Position numbers and translations under genes: made by a program
NCBI RefSeq assembly: GCF_006345805.1
Contig: NC_042999.1
Coordinates: 95,728,001 to 95,792,000, forward strand
Length of the DNA: 64,000 bases
Origin: Octopus sinensis
Lineage: Eukaryota
Reading direction: 5' to 3'
Shown here: piece by piece, positions 52,781 through 64,000 of the stretch
Layout of the letters: every line of letters starts with the position of its first letter
Position numbering within the stretch: the stretch's first letter is position 1
The notes under the pieces: model-generated
What the model was told of the DNA's origin: nothing
Databases searched by the model: none
The model's input: the letters and a program-made list of their open reading frames with translations, nothing else

Positions 52781-53320
52781 CATTTGAATGGGAGCATTAA
52801 CAGGAATTACTAACTGGATGGCCACTGAATTTGTTAGAAGTAGCATCCGAACAATACTATCACATTAAGGATTTGTTGATTAGCATCATCTTAGATATAT
52901 AAGTTGTGTAGTAGATGAGGAGCTATAGTGAGTCCTGGAAAAGTAAGCCCTTTATTTTTTTTTTTATTATATCTTTATTTTCTATCAAAGCTTTTATGTC
53001 TGGATGCAAATAATGATTTGCTTGTTACCGCTCAGTGGAATGAAATACTCTTCAAAAGCATGCCCGAAATGTGATGGCAAAAGTTGAAAATGTAAAACTT
53101 GAGAAAATGATTAAAAGTTGGAAAATGTAGAAAAATATGCACACAACAATTTAATGCAGTAAGAAATTGCAGACGATTCCAGCAGATGATGTATATTTGT
53201 TTCTTCACATAAAGTATTCTCTGGGCTTGCACTTGGCTTCATATAATTTCAAACATCAGTGTGAATGCATGAAGGAAATAAGATACACATATATCCTTTT
53301 AAACTATGTAGCATATAGCT

Positions 53321-53362
<42 letters not shown>

Positions 53363-54495
53363 CATTTATTGACTAAACACATTCTCCTAAAATTTCAGGC
53401 CTTGTGCTTATAGGAGAAAGTATTTATCATCACCATAGAGAAATAATTTGGCATAACATGAAAAAAGAAAGTCATACAAAATATGATGCAATATATTTTT
53501 TTTCATAGAAACCATCTTTACTTTGAGAGAAGAGGAACAAACACTTAGGGGGGAAATACAAGCAATTATAAATGTGTGTGTGTGCGCGTGCATGTGCCTG
53601 TGTGTACATGCTCACCAATAATAGATCTTTTGTCAGTTTTGCCAAAAATATTCCAATTTTTTATCAGGACTACCTATTTGTTAAATTCACATTTGAGTAT
53701 TCAACTGACACATGTACCCTAGGCTGAATCATGTTAAAATAAGAGACTAAGCTGAACTTTACAATCTTCCATACTGTTATTTTTTATCCAACTTACATTT
53801 AACTTCACTCACATGGCTTGAGTCAATCCAAGACTACAGTAAAAATCATTTGTCCTAGATGCTATACAGTGGGACTGAACCTAAAACTTCACAAATGTGA
53901 AGCAATTCTTTTTAAAACTCAACAATACTTAAGTCTGCACACAACAATGTTTGCATGCATACATACACCTGTGTATATAATATATTCAACTATATTTCAG
54001 CAAGTGACATTGTTGTATCAACAGTGTAAATGCATATGCATGTGCATGCACAATGCTTACATATCAGCAAGGACAAGTATATTGAGTCATGAACCAAAAA
54101 TAGTTATGTGTTTGCTTTGATTTATGTGAAGAAACTTGCACCTGACTACATTTATTTGAAGACGACAAAATAAAACCAGGACAGGAAAACTGTATTAACT
54201 GTATGTTATAACAGCATTAACATGACATAGATTCTATATAATGGACATGTAGAGTAAGAATAAATAATTTTTTATTGAAAATACTTCAAGGATTTGATCC
54301 AAAAAGAATTAAATGTAAACAAAACTTTTTATGAATCATTTTAATATTTTATTGAGGTCAAATCAAAAACTCTCTTTCATAAATTAAATGTTGAAGATTT
54401 TTCTCCAACTGTTATTTCAATAAATCTTTGATGAGCTTATGACATAAGAAATGATACTATTTCACACATTAAAAGTTATAGCTATTCATGACTTG

Positions 54496-54771
54496 ATAGA
54501 TAGATAGATAGATAGATAGATAGGCACACACACACACACACACACACTGCAAGAGAGAGAATATACATTGATATATATATATATATAATACAGAAAATCT
54601 GTCAAGTTTATTGACCTCAGTTTAATGACTTCAGTTCATTGTGTGAATAGTACTGACAAAAGCCCCTGAAAGGTGTTGAATTCATGATCCACTTTTGTCA
54701 GTTCTACCACTGAATTATGTGAAACAAAAATTATGCAAGCAATAGATATAACTGAATAATTTAGCAGAATT

Positions 54772-54808
<37 letters not shown>

Positions 54809-55054
54809 GCACACACACACACACACACACTGCAAGAGAGAGAATATACATTGATATATATATATATATAATACAGAAAATCTGTCAAGTTTATTGACCT
54901 CAGTTTAATGACTTCAGTTCATTGTGTGAATAGTACTGACAAAAGCCCCTGAAAGGTGTTGAATTCATGATCCACTTTTGTCAGTTCTACCACTGAATTA
55001 TGTGAAACAAAAATTATGCAAGCAATAGATATAACTGAATAATTTAGCAGAATT

Positions 55055-55095
<41 letters not shown>

Positions 55096-55150
55096 GCACA
55101 CACACACACACACACTGCAAGAGAGGGAACATACATTGATATATATATAT
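54496..55150. repeat. Tandem duplication, about 2.2 copies of a 283-285 bp unit
   Basis: The unique core AATACAGAAAATCTG...TTAGCAGAATTG starts at 54587 and 54870 and appears identical. Units are bounded by (GATA)n(CA)n. Confidence 0.97.
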
Positions 55151-55154
55151 ATAT

Positions 55155-55199
<45 letters not shown>

Positions 55200-55202
<3 letters not shown>

Positions 55203-56854
55203 TCTAATTGCTGAGTCACTATCAGAACTAAAGGAAAAGTTTCAGGTGTGGAAGCAAGGATTAGAATCAAAGGCCTTAGAGTCAACCTAGCTAAAACCAA
55301 AATCTTAATAAATACAAAGGCAGACAAACAACAAATCCCTTCAGGTAGATGGCCCTGCTTGATCTGTAGAAAAGGCATAGGTAGAAACTCCATAAGATAT
55401 ACCCAGTGTGAGCTATGGACACATAAGAAGTGCAGCAATATTAAAGGGAAGCTAACTGGGAAGATAGTTTTTGTATGTGACAAATACTCAGGAGAAATAA
55501 ACACTGAAAATGTGCAGAGAACAGCTTCTGTCACATTCCATGGAGAAAAACTAGAAGTAGTTGATAGCTTCAATTACCTAGGGGACCAAATCAGTAGCAT
55601 GGGTGGATTCTCTGAAAGTGTTGCTGCTAGAATAAGAATAGCCTAGGCAAAGTTCAGAGAGCTCCTACAACTGCTTGTGACAAAGGGCCTCTCATTCAGA
55701 ATAAAAGATAATATGTATAATGCATGCATGAGAACAGCCATGCTACATGGCAGTGAAACATGGGCCGTGACTGCTGAGGATATGTGTAAGCTTGCAAGGA
55801 ATGACGTATGCTCCGCTGTGTGAGTAATGTCAGTGTGCGTACACGACAAAATATAAGCACTGTGAGAGAAAAGTTGGATTTAAGAAGTATCAGATGTGGT
55901 GTGCAAGAGAGACGACTGTGCTGGTATAGTCATGTGTTGTGAATGAATGAGGACAGCTGTGTTAAAAAGTGTCACACCCTAGCAGCTGAAGGAACCTGTA
56001 GAAGAGGTAGACCCAGGAAAATCTGAAATGAGGTGGTGAAGCATGACCTTTGAACATTGGGCCTTACTGAAGCAATGACTAGTGACTGGGACCTTTGGAG
56101 ATATGTTGTGCTTGAAAAGACTCGACAAGTCAATTGAGACCATAGCCCATGGCCTATGCCAGCGGATGTAACCAGCCCAATTATGTATACATCTCATTCA
56201 TTGGACAATAAACCTTGCTTGTGAAGACCTATAGAGGCAAGTGAAATCAAAATCAAAATTGTTGACATGGCCGATGACAGTACTGCCTGATTGGCACTCA
56301 TGCCAGTGGAACGTTGTAACTGGCCCACTTATGAGTACCCTTCATTCACTGGACAATGAACTTTGCTTGCGAAGACCTATTGAGGCAAGTGTAAACAAAT
56401 CAAAATCACTGATGTGGCCAATGACAGTTCTGCCTGATTGGCACTTGTGCCAGTGGAATGTTAAAAGCACATCCAAGCTTGATCATTGCAAGGGCCATAG
56501 ATTGGCTCCTGTGCCAGTGACACATGTAAAGCACCATTCAAGCGTGATTGTTGCCAGCGTTGCTTTACTGGCACATGTGCTGGTGGCACGTGAAAAACAA
56601 CATTCAAGCGTTGTCGTTACCAGCGCCGCCGGACTGGCTCCTGTGCAGGTAGCATGTAAAAACACCTTTTGAGCGTGGTTGTTGCCAGAACTGCCTGACT
56701 GGCACATAAAAGCACCCACTACATTCTCGGAGTGGTTGGCATTAGGAAGGGCATCCCGCTGTAGAAACTTTGCCAGATCAGATTGAGCCTGGTGCACCTC
56801 AGTGAAACCGTCCAACCCATGCCAGCATGGGAAGCGGACATAAGACGATGATGA
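55200..56854 (+). mobile_element. 5'-truncated RTE LINE
   Basis: Begins at the LIAESLSEL codons just after YADD. Contains the PHD insert, LHGSETW, a long modular 3'UTR and a short GAT tail. Confidence 0.95.
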
Positions 56855-57159
56855 GGAGATAGATAGATAGATAGACAGACAGATTGATTGATTGGTTGAT
56901 TGATTGATTGATTGGTGGGTATGGCTTTGCCAGTCGAGGGATTAAAGATATAGAGGGACAGAGACAGGTGTCTTGCTGTAGAGTAGATACATGGATACCC
57001 CAGTTGGAAAAGAAAGGAGATTGAGTTAGTAAGTAATAGTAAGAGAGTGATAGTGTAAGAGATGATGGCAAAGATGTATCCGGACATTTCTTGAGGTGGA
57101 TAATTTTAGGATCATTTCAATAACAGTAATTCTAAGCAGCTATTTGGAAATAAATTTAA

Positions 57160-57370
57160 TAATGGGTTTAAATTTTGGCACAAAGCCAGCAATTTCAAGG
57201 GAGAGGGTAAGTCATTTACATTGACCTTAGTGTTCAGCTGGTACTTATTTTATTGACCCTGAAAGGATAAAAAGCAAAGTTGATCCCAGCAGCATTTCAA
57301 CTCAGAATGTAAAATCAGAATGAATGCCATTAAGCATTTCTTCCAGTGCAGTAACGATTCTGCCTGGCAT
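57160..57370 (-). mobile_element. Nin-like tRNA-SINE
   Basis: CTGGTACTTATTTTATTGACCCTGAAAGGATAAAAAGCAAAGTTGA...TTTCAACTCAG. Confidence 0.8.
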
Positions 57371-57450
57371 ATAATATGCGCTAATTGATAACATGCATTA
57401 GCATATATCACAAACCTAGTTTTGAGGAGGTTTGAGAAGAAATTATTATA

Positions 57451-57930
57451 CTCTTTTACTTCTTTCAGTCATTTGACTGTGGCTATGCTGGAGCACCACC
57501 TTTAGTCGAGCAAATCGACCCCAGTATTTATTCTTTGTGAGCCTATTACTTATTCTATCAGTTTCTTTTGCTGAACCGCTAAGTTACAGGGACGTAGACA
57601 CACCAGCATCAGTTGCCAAGCGATGTTGGGGGGACAAAAACACTGACACACAAATATATACGGGGATGTAAACACACCACCATCAGTTGTGAAGCGATGA
57701 TGGGGGACAAACAAAGACACACAAACATATACACACACATACATATATATATATATATACATATATACGACGAGTTTATTTCAGTTTCCGTCGACCAAAT
57801 CCACTCACAAGGATTTGGTCAGCCCGATGCTATAGTAGAAGACACTTGCACAAGGTGCCATGCAGTGGGACTGAACCTGGAACCATGTGGTTGGTAAGCA
57901 AACTACTTACCACACAGCTGCTCCTACGCC
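57451..57930 (-). mobile_element. tRNA-SINE (family of 14281)
   Basis: Full reverse copy: CTCTTTTACTTCTTTCAGTCATTTGACTG tail through to GTGGGACTGAACC...CTACTTACCACACAGC head. Confidence 0.9.
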
Positions 57931-58176
57931 TAGTTAAATTTCAGCAAATAATTTATTTATTTTTTTGAAAATCTAAATTTTTTATGTCATATTATGAATA
58001 AACTAAATCAATAAATAAATATTGGAGTTTTAGAATTTCAGAGAAGAAAAATCAAATACAAAATAAAATTGTTAAAATAGATAAAAAAAAAAAATTCATA
58101 AAGTCATTTTAGAATAGGTATAATTCAGAATGAAAAAAATTACTTATTGAACAACTTAGCAAAGTGATTACCTTTG

Positions 58177-58223
<47 letters not shown>

Positions 58224-58227
58224 TATA

Positions 58228-58558
58228 GTGAAGAGGCATGGCTCAGTGATTAGAGCATTGAACTTACAACTGTGTGGTTCGAATCCCAGACCGGGGTGCA
58301 TGTTGTGTTCTTGAGCAAGACACTTTATTTCACGTTGCTCTAGTTTACTCAGCTGTAGAAATCTGTTGCAATGTCACTGATACCAAGCTGTATTGGCCTT
58401 TGCCTTTCCCTTGGATAACATCAGTAGTGTGGAGGAAGGGAGGCTGGTATGCATGGACGACTGCTGGTCTTCTATAAACAACCTTGCCCGGACTTGTGCC
58501 TCAGAGGGTAACATTTCTAGGTGCAATCCCATGGTCATTCGTGACCGAAGGGGGTCTC
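58228..58558 (+). mobile_element. Third tRNA-SINE type with a GTTCTTGAGCAAGACACT core
   Basis: A-box TGGCTCAGTGATTAG, B-box GGTTCGAATCC, and core TGTGTTCTTGAGCAAGACACTTTATTTCAC...ACTCAGCTG resembling conserved-domain SINE cores (family not assigned). Confidence 0.8.
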
Positions 58559-58595
58559 CAGTATATATATATGAATAGAAACAACAATAAATATA

Positions 58596-58635
<40 letters not shown>

Positions 58636-58729
58636 AAATAAATATATAACAATAAATATATATATGAATAGATATAACTATAAATAGTTAAATTTTTCAT
58701 TGCTTTCCCTGTCATCTATGAAACCTGGA

Positions 58730-59210
58730 AACTTTCAGATTCTTCCTCTATGTCACCCTTGCTTTCTTCATAATTCATTTCAACTCATAGGCCATCTAAA
58801 CATTACTAAAACCTCACCTCTAGAAAGATTTAACAACATTCTACTTTTGCTACATCCCATAAGTTTTTAACCTGTTTGTACACTTGTATAATGCTGCATC
58901 TCACTCATCATGCATCCAACTGTAGTATATTCTTGCTATTCTATTCCGCATGCATAAACAATTTGAATGGCTTGTTGACAGAAACATTTAAAGTTTCTAA
59001 TTGTGCGACAAGTCCTTTGGGTATAACTGCCAGTGTTGTTTTCTTTTTATAGCTTTTTCTTTATTGCTTTAGTGAGATGCAATATAAATGCAATAAATGC
59101 TAGAAGGGATGGCTTTTCAAGGAACAATTACTTTTTGAAATTAAATATAATCTTTTTTCTAAAATTTCCACTCTCAAAATTAGGGTGTGTTATATATTTG
59201 TGCATATTAT
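58730..59210 (-). pseudogene. pogo (POGK-like) transposon remnant, internally deleted
   Basis: KPSLLAFIAF..HLT...TLAVIPKGLVAQLETLNVSVNKPFKLF corresponds to SLLVLDAF.GHLT...LAVIPGGLTSQLQ.LDVSVNKPFK. Confidence 0.8.
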
Positions 59211-62200
59211 GATTGGATCAAGATAGAATGGGCATAAATATGTATACCCTTTGGTATTTTCTATATGAGGAAAAAGCTACCATCATTGGTAATTTTTGAA
59301 AAGCAAACTATTACAAAAGACAAAGTATTGAAAGGTGTATTAAATAAACCATTGTATAAAAACTGGAAAAGAGATGTAGGTGCATTGTATCTGTCAAGTT
59401 GAAAGTAAGCAAGTTCAGAATTGTATTTGTTGCAATATTTGCTGAAGCAACAGAGAACACAATTCAACTTTTGGTTGGTTGTTACAAAGCTTTTAATACA
59501 AGTATAGAATATGAGAAGTTGTGACTCAAGTAGCTGAACCAATGAAAGTAAACTCAAATTGTTCTCCTAGACTTTACTACTGGTTCATGATACAAATTAG
59601 AGTCCATATAAATGACAAGAGTCATGTAACAATTATTCCGATTGATGTTAAAATGCTAACCTGAACAAAGTTATATTCATTGACTTCACATAATTAATGA
59701 CTATTTTGAGATATCTGTTTTGGATATTATCTCTAAGTTTCGGGTTGTAATAAATAAAACTCTTATTTTGCTCTATCATAATGCTTTCATATGCAAAGTA
59801 AAAATGCATAAATCCATTACATAAATTGCACAGGTAAAACAATTCAGTCAACAGAGCTGTTCAAAGAACACTTACTATAACTTACGACATATAAATGGGG
59901 AATAACAGTATAGATAAAAGTATCATTATGATTTTTGGTATGAACTTTAAAATTAAGTAAATGTAAGTTTGAATTGTTCTGCTGTTTTAAATAAACATTA
60001 TTTAGATTTTAAGTTTTATTTTTATTTTTTTGTAATACAAATTTTCACTTTTCTTAGTTCATTAGTAGTCAGATTTTGTAATAGACTGCTATTATTTATA
60101 TCATATTTATTATCAAATTTTATTTAAAAAAAAAAATCTACATATTTGAGTCATGCAGAGCCATTCAGTCAAATATTTGAAGAACTATGTTACATAATTA
60201 TGTGTGCATGTGCACACACACACACACACACACACAAACACGCACACACAATACTCATTGGTAATATTGGTAATCTGTATGCATCAAATGTATGTAATTT
60301 CTTGAATGCTGTATAAATATAGATTTATCAGACAAATGAATTAACTGATACATTACTAAACATAGTTTAAATGAATAGAGAAAATAATTAGATACTTTCT
60401 CAAGTTATATAATAATTAACTTTTATACTGGCCATATTTAATTCTTTAAATCTTTTTAATTGTCTTTTGAAACTGTTCCTATTATATTTTACTCTCATGA
60501 TTTTCTGAAGGAAGTATCACTGCATATCTGTATATCATTTATATAGATTTGGTCTTTTATATACACATTGATGTATCTTAAAATTTGTCTTCTCTTGCTG
60601 GTAGAATAGAAAACTACCTAATATAATACTCCTATCATAAAAGTATGTGATTCAGAAGAAGATATTCAAGAGTGTACTAAGCCTTGTATAAAATATTAGA
60701 AATAGTTTCATTGGGAAAAGAATTTGACTTTTAGGTAGTTTTTCAAACTTAAATTCAGTGTTCATTCCTAGTTCTAGTGGAGCAGTATTTTCAATATTGA
60801 ACCATATTCCAAACAGAATGCAATTACTCCACCAAATTTTCTCAAGGCACAGTCATCATAGTTAGATTCTCTTCAGAAGTTTGAAATCTCAAATCAGTTC
60901 AAGTTGATGCAATCCTTCCTCTTCAACTTCAGTTGTAACATAGAACTTCTACTGCAACAAAAATCACAATATTTTCCGGTTATTTATTTATTTATTTATT
61001 TTTTTAGTATTTGAAACTTTAGAATAGTGAAAGTAAGAACTGGGCATTTTATATTTAAGATATAATCCAGAAACAATAGTAACTGATGAGAGTCTACATC
61101 TGCAACAAATAATCCCAGAAATTTGGTAGTTAAAATAAATTTAGTTTCCATGAAAAATGAAAAGGCGTTGATATTTCAGGCATAAGCCTTTTATCAAAGA
61201 AAGAGAAAATCTCATGATTTACAGTTAGAATATATGCTGAAGTGGTAGTAACTGTAGTTTATGAATTGAGGAGAGTGGGAGTTGATTAAGGGCTCAAATG
61301 TCAAACATGCACAGAATGAATGGTCAGTAGCAGCAGAGCATGCATTAAACTGTGTGAATCTGTATGTCTGTGTATAGTAGTGTGACAGTGTGAATGGAAA
61401 AGCCATTTAAGATTATTTGTGCATGTACGTGTTAGCAGTGAGAGCGACTGGAAAAAATTTGACATGTTCATACTGTAGAAAAGTGAACATGCTCACATTC
61501 AAGTTTAGTCTTTGTCTCCAAAGTTTTCTACTAGAAGTGTCTCCATAGTATTTAAGTACTACTTTCATATTTCTATCTGAAGAAAGAAATGTGATAGTAG
61601 AAACGATCTGAGGAATGCAATGATGGGCCACATGTTTAAAGAGACCAAGAGTGTTGTGATGAACATCAAACCAGGCTCATAGAAAATGTCTGCTAAACAT
61701 CATCAAATTTCGTTTATATACAGGACATTATTCAGTTGCTAATCAATGATAGACACTTGAAATGTACACAGTAGGCTACATTGAGTTGTAATGCTGGAGA
61801 TGATAGGATAGATACAGTAATGAGAACAGACCAAAAGGTATCATACTATTGTTAAATACTATGGTATTTCTTTCATTGTTAAAAAGATGACTAGTATTTT
61901 AGGAGAGATGAATAGTGAGCACCAGATGGAGGTTTAACAAGAAGATAATGGAAGAGAGACCCAAATATAGATATAATACATGTCAACCTCCATTACCACC
62001 ACCACCACTACCTCCAGGTTATCTGATTTACCATACTAGTTAGTATATAAGTAAATATTCTCCACTATCACTAATCACTAGTTGACTAGTTAATTCTTTC
62101 TCCTTGGTCCTAATTATAGATCTAACCTTTTAGCTGTAATCTATATCTTATAAAAATTCTTCTACCTATGATAATCTATTCCCCAATTCAATATAATACA

Positions 62201-62600
62201 ATATTTAATTATCTTCTGCATCTATCTTTAGGAAACCCAAGTTTCCAAATTGTCTTTCTCATTTTTAAATACAAATTCCATCAACCAAATCAACAGCTTC
62301 ATTCATTTGATGATGTAATACAAAGCAAACCTAAGTTAGAAATAATATTCAATTTAATTTAATTTAATTTAATATATATATAATATATATGTATATATAT
62401 AATATATATGTATATATATAATATATATGTATATATATATACATCCTTTAATTCAGAGTGACTAACTCATTCATAACTAAATTTTTTCCATCATATAAGG
62501 GTAAAACACCCACTCTTTCTGCTGTTTTTGTGGCTATCCTGCATCCAAATGCCAAAAAACAAGTTTGTTTACATATGTAGTTGCACATATATATATATAT

Positions 62601-63655
62601 ATCATCATCATCATCATCATCATTTAACATACATTATCCATGCTGTCATGGGTTGGACTGTTTGACTGAGCTGACATGCTGGAAGGCATGGTTTCTACAG
62701 CTAGATACCCTTCCTAATGCCAACCACTCCAAGAGTGTAATGGGTGCTTTTGTGTCACAGGCGCAGGTGCCAATTTGCATGACACCGTTACCTACCAAGA
62801 CTGCAATTTTGCTTGGCTTGATGAGTCTTCTCAAGCACTACATAATGCCAAAGGTCTTCGTCATTGCTTCCGTGAGATCCAACACTCAAAAGGAACTCAG
62901 CTACTTTGTCTCTGTGAGGCCCAACACTCGAAAGGAACTCAGCCACCTTGCCTCCATGTGGCCTAACACTTGAATGGAACTCAGCCACTTTGCCTCTGTC
63001 TGGCCCAACATTCAAAGGATGTTCTTTACATGCCACCAGTATGGGTGCATTTGGCTTGACAGGTCCTCTGAAGCACAGCACATTGTCAAAAGTCTCAGTC
63101 ACCAGTCATTGCTTCCATGAGGCACAAAGTTCAAAGATCATGCTTCACCACCTAATCCCATGCCTATGCATGTCCTCAGCTGTCATAGCCCATGTTTCAC
63201 TACCATGCAGCATGACTATTCACACTCAGGCATCAAACATGCTGCCTTTCACTCTGAGAGAAAGGCCCTTTGTTGCCAGAAGAAGTAGGAGCTCTCTGAA
63301 CTTTGGCCAGCCTAATTTTATTCTCACAGCTATGATCTTGGAGCATCCACCTCCACTAATAATTAGGTTACCTAGATCATGGAAGCTATCTACTACCTCT
63401 AGCTTGCCCCCTGGCAGTTGATGGAGTATATGTTCTGTGCATTTTCTGCATTTATTGTACTTGTGCCCTTTCCACATACAAAAGTTAGTTTCCCTGTTAA
63501 CCTTCCTCCGATGTTGCTGCAGCTTTTATGTGTTCAAAGCTTACATTGGGTGCAACTTATAAAGTTTCTACCTACACCTTTTCTACAGATTGCGCAGGGC
63601 CATCTACCTGAAAGGGATTTGTGATTTGTCTGTCTTCCTACTTACTATGACTTTG
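62601..63655 (-). mobile_element. 5'-truncated RTE LINE, older copy
   Basis: (ATC)n tail at 62601, 3'UTR, EVVDSFHDLG...KLGWPKFRELL, and PHD-insert codons at 63420-63610. Confidence 0.92.
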
Positions 63656-63734
63656 AAGAGTGTTAGCATGTTAGTAATAATGAATGAAAAGAATGATTAT
63701 ATATATATATACATACATAACAGATATATATATA

Positions 63735-64000
63735 TAGAGACCGAGACCTATGGAAGTATGCTGTGCGTGAGAAGACCCGGCAAGACTAGTGAAGCCATAA
63801 CCCGTGGCCCCTACCTGGGACGTAGTCAGTCCACCTGTGCATACCTTCCTGCTTGTGACACTTGTGAAGACCTGTTGAGGCAAATCAAATCAAAGTCAAA
63901 TCGAATCAAGTCAAACCAAATCAAAATAGATGAACATCAATGGAATTTGTATCCCTGTGGTACCAGTGCCGGTGGCACATAAGAAAACCATCCGAATGGG
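63735..64000 (+). mobile_element. RTE ORF2 end and start of a variant 3'UTR (runs off the window)
   Basis: CGAGACCTATGGAAGTATGCTGTGCGTGAGAAGACCCGGCAAG matches 39430-39475. GTGCCGGTGGCAC module at about 63966. Confidence 0.85.

Noticed and set aside
58228-58310. tRNA-like A/B boxes here and at 14281 and 40241
   Set aside because: These are SINE heads continuing into SINE cores; no complete cloverleaf or acceptor stem is present.

Overview
AT-rich eukaryotic (metazoan) genomic DNA with very dense (TA)n/(TATG)n/(CA)n microsatellites. The SINE and LINE families resemble those I associate with octopus (coleoid cephalopod) genomes; this is inference from recall and I ran no search. Transposable elements dominate the window. 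They include one near-full-length but dead RTE-clade LINE (about 35850-40132) whose reverse transcriptase carries an inserted C4HC3 PHD finger, plus several truncated RTE copies and RTE 3' ends with (GAT)n tails. There are four CR1-like LINE fragments, restriction-like-endonuclease LINE fragments, two Penelope-like GIY-YIG remnants and a Helitron PIF1-helicase remnant. DNA transposons include a TIR-complete Tc1/mariner element with DD36E spacing, Tigger and pogo remnants and a small MITE. At least three tRNA-SINE types are present. I could identify no intact named gene. A series of small plus-strand segments with good splice sites and open frames (3.7-23.5 kb, and possibly 43.3 kb) may be exons of an unidentified multi-exon host gene. 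The hundreds of YI/IY-rich ORFs in the track are microsatellite artefacts. No rRNA, genuine tRNA gene or CRISPR array was found. TE boundaries were read by eye and are approximate to tens of bp unless stated.
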